Assembly (NCBI GenBank): GCA_043810925.1
Contig: JBDRNT010000128.1
Location: 1 to 46,626, forward strand
Source: Candidatus Eiseniibacteriota bacterium
GTDB lineage: Bacteria > Arandabacterota > Arandabacteria > Arandabacterales > Arandabacteraceae
Reading direction: 5' to 3'
DNA length: 46,626 nt
The position numbers and the translations under genes were made by a program. The notes beneath the pieces are model-generated. The model searched no databases, was not told where the DNA came from, and saw nothing but the letters and a program-made list of their open reading frames with translations. Positions 17,451 through 25,031 of the stretch are shown here, piece after piece. How positions within the stretch are numbered: position 1 is the stretch's first letter; every line of letters begins with the position of its first letter.

Positions 17451-19781
17451 CTAGGGGGTGGTGTAGGAAGCGGTCCACGACGGCGGCGCGGGTGGATCGC
17501 TCTCGAGGAGCTCCCTCCAGGCCTCATCGGTCAGACGATTTCCCATCGGCTGCTTGAACTCATAGTAGGAGAGCTCAGGTCCCCCACCGACGTAGATATT
17601 GCCATCGGGTGACTTCCAGGCCGCCACCAGGAGATCGACATAGCCTACCGCTTCCTCAAGCACCATACCGCTATTCCCATCGGTATGAACGTCCGCGACA
17701 AGCGTCGTCTTCCTTGATTTATCCTCGAGGCCTCCGAAGAGGTCATCCAGGGTGCCCCCAAAGCCATGGATGTAGTTGAGGTCCTCCTCCCCGAGCGGCT
17801 GACCCTGGAGTTCAACCGTGCTTATCGATATGAGCCTCTCAAGAACGTTCTCAAGACCCGTGACGGTCCGAACATCCTGAGAACCGATCACACCCATTGC
17901 CGTAAGACCCTCACGCATCATTCTTGTTAGGCTTAAGAGCCTCGTATAAGTTTCGATCACAGGCTCGACATAGCCGGGCGGCGGTCCCACCGGCTCCTGG
18001 GGCGGCAAGTTGATGGCGGTAAGCATCGCGGTATAGCTCTGCTTTACATAGAGGATCGTATCGTGCCTGAGTTCCGACCATGATGCGAGGGCCTGCGTGA
18101 TCACTCTGTCCCGCCAGGCATCACTCTGCATAAATGCGGGATAGCCCGCGTCTGCTTCTCCGACATAGGCCTTGAGCATCCATATCCAGTTCCAGTATAG
18201 ATTCTGGTTCCACTCCGGGCCCTGGATCGCATCTATCTCCTGCTTGATGCTTGCAAACGCCCGGTCGTATCCTGAATAGTCCGCATCGCCTGTCTCATCA
18301 AGGATCTCCCTCGCACGCTCGGACCCGAGAACCGCCATCACATCCAGCCCTCGCGGGAACACGCGCTCTATACCCACTCCCGGAACCGGAAAGGCCGTAA
18401 ACGGCATCTCGCCGCCTGTGAACTCACCGGTGTGTGGTGCCACAAGCTGGGAAAGCATGTGAGAATCCGGAACGTAGCGCTGGCCCATCAACCTGAAACC
18501 GCGGGTGACATCCAGGATCTCATCGGCCTGCTCAGGTGTGAAGGGCGGAAAGATGATCGGGTTACCTGTTCCACCGTAGATGCGCGGAGAATGGTATTCC
18601 GCCAGCCTGGCCTTGAGCTCCCCGTGATGCTCCGCTGTGAAGGTCCCGAGATCGGGCTCGCCCCCAAAAACGTCTTTCATGGCCTCGATGTACTCATAAG
18701 GCCCGAGGTCGTCAGAGAAGCCGACGAAGAAGGAAGTCACCCTGTACATGGTCTCCCACCGGGCCAGCAACTCCTGATCGGAGTCCATGGCTGAAGCTAT
18801 CATGAGGGCCTCAAGGGTCTGAATCCGGGCGTCGTATTCTGAGATAAGGCCATCACGCGTGCGGCTCGACTCGCCCACATCTACCGTCCCGCTTCCCTTA
18901 AGTAGCATTGTCATCCGGCCGTACCACATCATCGCCTTGAAGTACTTCTTGAGTTTCTCCGAATAGGTGTAGTGCCCCCTCGGGACATACTGTGAGTAGT
19001 CTTCGTCGTATATAAAAAGCGGTGAGCCGAAAAAGCCCGCGTGTTTCGCTATGAGCTCGACTTCCTTCCCGACTTCTTCGGCAAGCTCAGCCGGCACCTC
19101 AAACCGGTACCCCGTCTCACCGGTCTCCCCGAGCGCCGACGGCCAACCGGATCTTCTCGTCTCTTCCTCTTCATGAGTGAGTAGTGTCAGACCAACGGCG
19201 AAGAAGACCGCATTCCGCCTTGCTGCCTCCGCCAGATCGCCGTCTGACTGGCGATACGTCTTAAGGTTGCTATTGTGAAGACTCAGACTCAGATTCCAGA
19301 GTTCATCATAAAGTCTCTCGCTTTCAATCCTTCGCAGGAGATCATCGAAGAGAACATGAAACACGTGAAGTAGTGAACCCGATGTCACGATCACAGGAAC
19401 ACCTGCACGCGTGACCACGTTATAGGCATCGACAACATCCTCGTACTTACTACTCCGGGGCAGATCCGTGACCACAAAGCCCAGATCGAGAAGCCGCTTC
19501 GTGGCTTCAGGGCCAAGTTCCAGACTGGATACGACAGGTTCGAAATCGGTGATCCGGCCCTTTTCAAGCGGGAGGCCGTACTGCGGAGCATTGGGTTTCA
19601 CAACGGCAGGCTCGTATGAGAACCACTCGCTGAAATCGAATCTCTGTATCTGTCCGGCCCCAGCCGGATTGACCGCCGCCTTCGCGTTCGCCGATTTGGC
19701 ACGCTGAGCCCCGCATCCCGAGACGCAAAGGGTGATGCCCAAAACCAGAACGAGAGTCAATCCAATAACGAACTTGCTCAT
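17451..19781 (-). CDS. DUF3160 family lipoprotein
   Basis: Lipobox VSGC; EDYSQYVPRGHYT, YFKAMMWYGR, FRLMGQRYVPDS, SWSELRHDTILYVKQ, GYVEP, VADVHT, SYYEF. Confidence 0.9.
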   Translation of the reverse strand: MSKFVIGLTLVLVLGITLCVSGCGAQRAKSANAKAAVNPAGAGQIQRFDFSEWFSYEPAVVKPNAPQYGLPLEKGRITDFEPVVSSLELGPEATKRLLDLGFVVTDLPRSSKYEDVVDAYNVVTRAGVPVIVTSGSLLHVFHVLFDDLLRRIESERLYDELWNLSLSLHNSNLKTYRQSDGDLAEAARRNAVFFAVGLTLLTHEEEETRRSGWPSALGETGETGYRFEVPAELAEEVGKEVELIAKHAGFFGSPLFIYDEDYSQYVPRGHYTYSEKLKKYFKAMMWYGRMTMLLKGSGTVDVGESSRTRDGLISEYDARIQTLEALMIASAMDSDQELLARWETMYRVTSFFVGFSDDLGPYEYIEAMKDVFGGEPDLGTFTAEHHGELKARLAEYHSPRIYGGTGNPIIFPPFTPEQADEILDVTRGFRLMGQRYVPDSHMLSQLVAPHTGEFTGGEMPFTAFPVPGVGIERVFPRGLDVMAVLGSERAREILDETGDADYSGYDRAFASIKQEIDAIQGPEWNQNLYWNWIWMLKAYVGEADAGYPAFMQSDAWRDRVITQALASWSELRHDTILYVKQSYTAMLTAINLPPQEPVGPPPGYVEPVIETYTRLLSLTRMMREGLTAMGVIGSQDVRTVTGLENVLERLISISTVELQGQPLGEEDLNYIHGFGGTLDDLFGGLEDKSRKTTLVADVHTDGNSGMVLEEAVGYVDLLVAAWKSPDGNIYVGGGPELSYYEFKQPMGNRLTDEAWRELLESDPPAPPSWTASYTTP

Positions 19782-19866
19782 CACGTCTGCCCCCATCGTC
19801 AGATTTGACCGGCCAGCTGGAAGCTGGTCTGCTCCATGGATTTGTTCGAAAGAACATTCCCAGCGT

Positions 19867-20241
19867 TCAGGAAGCCCTTAACCACTTAACCGACTCTTCT
19901 CGTTCCCAAAAGACTCTCAGCTGAGCCGCTCTATTTACGGCTGCATTTTCAAGATGTCCGCTTGCAGCGTCTTTCATATGTGGTGGAGCCAGCACTGCGA
20001 TTTTAGTCCCTGGAGGAATTACTCGCGCAATATGCAGCGCCAAACGATGTTCACCGAATACATCTATTCTCCCCGAGATTTCACTGAAATCGAGAAGTGC
20101 ATTTGGACACTTGGTTTCCCTATACGCTTTGAGGATGCGCAGTGTGTTTTCGATCATCTTGGCAAGGTTTCCAAACTCGCCCTCAAATCGACAATCCAAG
20201 TAATGACCTTCGAGTGATATCTTTTTCAGCTCTACGGCCAT
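19867..20241 (-). CDS. Small STAS/SpoIIAA-like hypothetical protein
   Basis: 124 aa; LLDFS, KIAVL, ENAAVNR..LRVF...E...WL pattern; GGGGG RBS. Confidence 0.65.
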   Translation of the reverse strand: MAVELKKISLEGHYLDCRFEGEFGNLAKMIENTLRILKAYRETKCPNALLDFSEISGRIDVFGEHRLALHIARVIPPGTKIAVLAPPHMKDAASGHLENAAVNRAAQLRVFWEREESVKWLRAS

Positions 20242-20513
20242 ATTTCCCCCTGTACTCTTCTACCGTCAGGCTTTCTAACAGAGACGACAAACAAGGTTAC
20301 TCAAGGATACCGCCGGTAGCTCCGGGACACAAGTAAAACCCCCAGGGGAATTCTCAAGAAAGAGCTTGCAATGGTTCCGTGATGTGGGGTATAGCCAAGA
20401 TGGAAACCGTAGCGAAGTATGAAGTATGCGGTTGTCGCGGCGTACATATCGCCTCTGCCCAGAGGCTCACTATAACTCTGCTTCGTTGGATGGCCAACGA
20501 AAGGAGGTATGCC

Positions 20514-21125
20514 GTGAAGAGAGTCTCCTTGATCATGTTCCTCGTCTCCGTTTTGTTCGCAGCCGCCGGACCATGTCGGGCTGATTCCACGTACTATGAC
20601 GCGACAAACAGCATCATCGACCTGTCTAATCCGGTTGGAACCCAGTGGCATGAGCTCTACCCCGTCTACTGTCAGGGACCATATGAGATCGTCGGTTGGC
20701 GGGATAACGGAGACAGCATTCTGAGCTTCTGTGACACCGTCGACATGCAGCCACCGGGAGGCGGGGAGCCTGAGCCCCAGCATATCCTGGTGGTCACCTA
20801 CACCCTTGAATTGACACCGCTCCTTCCGCCGGACATCGTCAATTACTGGGACTTCACCTACCACCAGGACGGAGGCGATCCTCTTCTGGAACCGGTTTGT
20901 TCATGGTGGCACGAGGTGTATCCGGAGTACTGCACCGAAAGACACATAGGCGCGTGGGAGGATAACGGAAGCGGGGACCTCGACTCGTGTGACGTGATCG
21001 TCGACGATGTGTCGGGATTGTCCTATCACGTCGAGGGCGTACATACAGACATCATAACCGAACCCGTGCCGGGAACAGCAACGGATCAGTCGACATGGGG
21101 TAAGATAAAAGCCTTGTTCCGTTAG
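20514..21125 (+). CDS. Secreted protein with two WHE(L/V)YP repeats and C-terminal WGKIKALFR motif
   Basis: AAGGAGGT RBS before GTG 20514; signal peptide MKRVSLIMFLVSVLFAAAGPCRA. Confidence 0.85.
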   Translation: MKRVSLIMFLVSVLFAAAGPCRADSTYYDATNSIIDLSNPVGTQWHELYPVYCQGPYEIVGWRDNGDSILSFCDTVDMQPPGGGEPEPQHILVVTYTLELTPLLPPDIVNYWDFTYHQDGGDPLLEPVCSWWHEVYPEYCTERHIGAWEDNGSGDLDSCDVIVDDVSGLSYHVEGVHTDIITEPVPGTATDQSTWGKIKALFR

Positions 21126-21180
21126 CGGACAGACTTATACGGTTCCTTGCATCCGGGCTGGCGATCCGGCCCGGAAAAAC

Positions 21181-21732
21181 TCATTTCCTGCTCACCATCG
21201 TAATGCAGTCCTCAGGGCAAACGTCTGCACAGAGACCGCAGCCAAAGCACTTGTCACGGTCAACCTTCAACTCGCCGTCTGCCATCTCCCTTGCTCCGAA
21301 GCGGCAGACATCCGCACACAGTCCACAGTGTATACATGCGTCCGTATCCGTGCTTTCGATGAGACTGCCGGCATCACACGCGTTGTCCTCGGGATCGGTG
21401 AAGTAGCCGCAGCAGTCGTCGCAGCAGAAGCAGATCCCTTCGGTCTTTGTCTTCGTTGCCTCATCCCGGAACGGTCTTGTGACGAGATGCTTGTCCTGAG
21501 CTTCCTTAAGGATCTCCTCCACCACATCCCGCGTGACTCTCCTTATGCCCGAACCGTCCGCTGCCGTCGATTCGCAGAACTGCAGACATACGTCCATGCG
21601 CGAGCGGTCGCATTTCCCTCGCAATTCACGACAGCCGCAGTTGGATACCCAGAACTTGCTCTTGCTGTCTACGATCTTTCTGGCTTCCTCAAGTGTACAC
21701 ACGAAGTGTAGCGGTGGGGTCTCATCACTCAC
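21181..21732 (-). CDS. 4Fe-4S dicluster (ferredoxin) domain protein with Cys-rich N-terminal domain
   Basis: Two CxxCxxCxxxC motifs (CIHCGLCADVC, CFGCGLCADVCP) plus CGCR and CFCCDDCC; GAGGAGG RBS before GTG 21732. Confidence 0.9.
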   Translation of the reverse strand: MSDETPPLHFVCTLEEARKIVDSKSKFWVSNCGCRELRGKCDRSRMDVCLQFCESTAADGSGIRRVTRDVVEEILKEAQDKHLVTRPFRDEATKTKTEGICFCCDDCCGYFTDPEDNACDAGSLIESTDTDACIHCGLCADVCRFGAREMADGELKVDRDKCFGCGLCADVCPEDCITMVSRK

Positions 21733-21943
21733 GTTGTCCTCCTCAATTGGGGTCTTCGGTCTCAATCAGTCTACACCGGCGCCACCGAGAACGCAACAGT
21801 CAGACAGTCAAGTAGTTAGTGTGCAGACAGTTACAGCAGGTTGGGCATCATGCAGGTGCTTCACTATGAAGACCCGCGGACCGGGACACGCGGGGAAAAC
21901 CACGCGTTACCATGACATTCGCGTCATATGCGAAACTTATGGC

Positions 21944-21972
21944 TTGACTTTCCTGTTAGCGCATGATAAGCT
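21944..21972 (+). promoter_or_regulatory. Putative sigma70 promoter for the 22048 gene
   Basis: TTGACT, 17 nt, TAAGCT with TG extended -10. Confidence 0.55.
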
Positions 21973-22047
21973 GCCACCGCTAGGAGTTCAAGAACACCCG
22001 GTAAGCATGGCCACCAAGGCGTATTATTTCACAAGGAGAGCCAAAGC

Positions 22048-22647
22048 ATGTCAAAGGTTATTGAGGTTCTGGCACTGACTGCTGTATGCGTAACGTTGCT
22101 TGCTATCCCGGCACTTGCCAGCCCTGATCTCTGGGGGACCAGCAGTGCCTGGGAGGCGACCGAGCCCGAATATGAAGGCTACTGGAAATACTGCCTTACC
22201 GTCAACTGGATCGACCTGCCGCACGGCGTAAGCCATGTCGATCTTCTTGTCATGCTCGAGTCATGTGCGTGTGCATGCACTCCGGGATACTTCGCTTTTG
22301 CCGACACGGTCGGTAGCGGCCCGGGGACCAATAGTGTGCCTTGCACAGTCTACTATTATGGCCTCTTTGAGTGCCACGGTGACCCGTCGATCGGCATTAC
22401 CGATCCACTTGTCAAGTTCGAACCCTATGAAAACTGCTGTGAGCCGGATAAGGACGGGTATGCTACTGTGTGCTTCTACTCGGTTGCGTCGCCAACTGAG
22501 GCCGGTCTTTACGAGGATGTCATTGTCCTGAAGTATTCCACAGAGTACGCAACGGGTGATCTTGATGGGGTACTCCCGATATGTGACCCGGCATACAGTG
22601 CAACCGAACCGACGGCATGGGGGCAGATAAAGGCGCTCTATCGCTGA
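22048..22647 (+). CDS. Secreted Cys-rich protein with C-terminal WGQIKALYR motif
   Basis: AAGGAG RBS; signal peptide ending PALA; about 10 Cys in the mature chain. Confidence 0.85.
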   Translation: MSKVIEVLALTAVCVTLLAIPALASPDLWGTSSAWEATEPEYEGYWKYCLTVNWIDLPHGVSHVDLLVMLESCACACTPGYFAFADTVGSGPGTNSVPCTVYYYGLFECHGDPSIGITDPLVKFEPYENCCEPDKDGYATVCFYSVASPTEAGLYEDVIVLKYSTEYATGDLDGVLPICDPAYSATEPTAWGQIKALYR

Positions 22648-22682
22648 GGAGCACGAACGCCGGCCACCATCCTGAACAACAC

Positions 22683-23927
22683 CTATGGTTCAAGGTGCTT
22701 CGCAATCTCCACGCTGAGCGAATCCATGTGATCCGTGTAGGACCCGGCAGCAAGGATTCGGGAGTCGTAGTCCCTTGCCCCGGCAAGGGCCGAGCTCGCC
22801 TCGTCCCACCGTTCCTCTCCGGCAAGGTGCTCGACATACCTGAGCATAGCCGCAGTGACATTTGTAGCGATCCGGTGAGTTCCCGATCTCCTTACAGGGC
22901 TCCTGTCAACGATGGTCGCAAATGCCCCTTCGAAGCTCGCCGCATCTATGGCTGCGAGGCTTTGCTCAAGCCTGGCCACATCGGTCTCAGCCTCAACCAG
23001 AGTGGGCATGATTTCATAGTATGACCCGCAGTAGACCGTACGCTCCCCGACGCCCGGCGCGAAATCAAGATCAGCGACGGTTATTGCCGCACACAAAGGT
23101 CGCGAGAGCTCTCCGCGCTGCTGCATCTCTATCCAGCCCCGTACGATCTGTCTGCCTACCGGTTCGATCGTACCCTTATCCCCTCTCCGTGGTGCCATTG
23201 ACTCGAGTTGATCCGGCCCAACCGGAAGCGGAACGCCATACTTCTTTGCAGTTCGAGCCACGTAGGGGGCCACATTCAGCAGGCTGAGATTCGCTACGAC
23301 AACATCCTGTCTTAAGCCTTCCTTCTCCTGGAGGGCGACGGAGGGATACGTGTCCATGTCCCCATTTGTCAGGAATATCGCATTCGGCGGAAGGTGTTCG
23401 AGCTGCCACCGGTTGTAGGCAAGGACGGGCGCAGAGAGAAAACCCGAATCGATCATGTTGACAGCAGCGGTGTGGGCCATCTCTTCGTCCTGCCTCTCGA
23501 CCGCCTGGACCCATAGCGAGGACCATGCATTCCCGTCACCCGGGTCGTACCTGACGGCTTCCTGGAGATGGAACCATGTGCTCTCGGCATCCACCCTTTG
23601 CCAGGTGCTGTACTGAGGGTTGAAAACATCCGCAAGGACGGTGTGCGCGAAGGCATGCTCCGGATCGAGGTCGAGCGCCATGTAGGCGGCGTCGGCCGCA
23701 TCGTCGAATTTCTTAAGACGCCTCAGGCACTCGGCGTACCAGGCATGCGCATCCGGGTTCTCAGCTGAGATCTTTGCCGAGGCATCGAGCACCTTAAGTG
23801 CCTCCTCCAGCTCGCCGGCCATAAAGAGATCGATCCCCCGCTCCAGCGCGGCTTCTTTGACCTTGCTACAGCTCGCAACAGCAACGATGACGAGCAGCCC
23901 GACCGCAATAGGCTTCAACAACTTCAT
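22683..23927 (-). CDS. TPR lipoprotein with DUF2723-like C-terminal soluble region
   Basis: GGAGGGTGG RBS before MKLLK; lipobox VASC; TPR-like helices; LPPNAIFLTNGDMDTYP...RQDVVVANLSLLN. Confidence 0.8.
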   Translation of the reverse strand: MKLLKPIAVGLLVIVAVASCSKVKEAALERGIDLFMAGELEEALKVLDASAKISAENPDAHAWYAECLRRLKKFDDAADAAYMALDLDPEHAFAHTVLADVFNPQYSTWQRVDAESTWFHLQEAVRYDPGDGNAWSSLWVQAVERQDEEMAHTAAVNMIDSGFLSAPVLAYNRWQLEHLPPNAIFLTNGDMDTYPSVALQEKEGLRQDVVVANLSLLNVAPYVARTAKKYGVPLPVGPDQLESMAPRRGDKGTIEPVGRQIVRGWIEMQQRGELSRPLCAAITVADLDFAPGVGERTVYCGSYYEIMPTLVEAETDVARLEQSLAAIDAASFEGAFATIVDRSPVRRSGTHRIATNVTAAMLRYVEHLAGEERWDEASSALAGARDYDSRILAAGSYTDHMDSLSVEIAKHLEP

Positions 23928-24079
23928 GGTCCACCCTCCTCTGTTCGCCACATGAGCGCCGGACGTATGACACCGCCGGGCAATGTGGTCTTTGCTCGAC
24001 CAGGTTGGTCTCCGAGTCCAGCCCATTAGACTGTTTCCGAAGCTGAGCAGTTCCCGTGTCTTCACTGTGACAGCACGGG

Positions 24080-24862
24080 CTATGATCCCTCAAGTCGCTT
24101 GAGTATGAGATCGGCCACCTTCTTACCGCTCAGCAGCATACCACCGAAAATCGGGCCCATGCGCGGCCCGCCGAAAACGGCATTGCAGGACATCCCGGAT
24201 ACATAGACGTGTGGATAGATCTCTTTGGTGTTCTCAACGGTAAGCGTCTCTGCCACCTCTGCCCACATCGGCTTCTCCCCGATCACACCACCGGTTGGAG
24301 TAAGAAGCTTTGTGCCCACCTTCCGCTCTATGATACGGGCGATCTCGGCGGCATGACCCGTGGCATCGACAACGAAATCCGCGTGCATCGTAACGGGGTC
24401 GACATGAAGCCCGGCGATCTCCACCGAACTCCAGTTGATCACAAGACCGTTCACCATTTCATCCCTGAAAAGCACATCTTCAACGCTGAAGAGGTTCATG
24501 ACGGTTGCACCGGCATCACAGGCCGCAGCACTGAGTTTCGTCACCGCCTCAACGGAATCGCTCGTAAAGTAACCATCCCCGGCATCAACAGATCTTATGC
24601 CCAGTTCATCGAAGATCTTCCTGCCCTCTTCCTGTACGACGATCTGGTTGAACATGATCCCGCCGCCCCACATACCGCCACCAAGCGACAGCTTGCGCTC
24701 AAAGAGCACCACGTGCTTACCTGCTTTTGCCAGGTTGTAGGCCGCGCAGAGACCGGCTGGGCCCCCACCGACTATCGCGACATCGCTTGAGAGGATACCG
24801 AGCAGTTTCTCTGAAAAGGACTTGATTATGATTTCCGAGATCTTGACATCATCAAGTGCCAT
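24080..24862 (-). CDS. thi4: Sulfide-dependent (non-Cys) adenosine diphosphate thiazole synthase
   Basis: DVAIVGGGPAGL, GGGMWGGG, LHVDP, DATGH, GPRMGPIFGGMLLSG; GGAGGAGG RBS. Confidence 0.96.
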   Translation of the reverse strand: MALDDVKISEIIIKSFSEKLLGILSSDVAIVGGGPAGLCAAYNLAKAGKHVVLFERKLSLGGGMWGGGIMFNQIVVQEEGRKIFDELGIRSVDAGDGYFTSDSVEAVTKLSAAACDAGATVMNLFSVEDVLFRDEMVNGLVINWSSVEIAGLHVDPVTMHADFVVDATGHAAEIARIIERKVGTKLLTPTGGVIGEKPMWAEVAETLTVENTKEIYPHVYVSGMSCNAVFGGPRMGPIFGGMLLSGKKVADLILKRLEGS

Positions 24863-25031
24863 CTTTCCTCCTCCACCTCATACATGTCAGAAGGGCCGCT
24901 CGAGCCTGCGGCATCAGCGTAACATACGGATGATGTTAAATCCAGCAAGGAGGATCATGCAACATCGTTCTTGCTTGACCCGTATCCTCGCGGAATGTTT
25001 CACTGTGACTGGTCCACCCTGGAGGTTCGGG

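Noticed and set aside
20385-20399. TGGGGTATAGCCAAG resembles the 5' end of tRNA-Gln
   Set aside because: No D-stem closure, anticodon arm, T-loop or 3' acceptor strand follows; it more likely overlaps a -10 element.
21152-21179. Hairpin TCCGGGCTGG-CGAT-CCGGCCCGGA as an intrinsic terminator
   Set aside because: The hairpin is real, but the A-run lies on the wrong side to give a U-tract on either strand, so function cannot be assigned.
24863-25031. TPP riboswitch upstream of thi4
   Set aside because: No CTGAGA...ACCTGA-type aptamer core seen on the minus strand.
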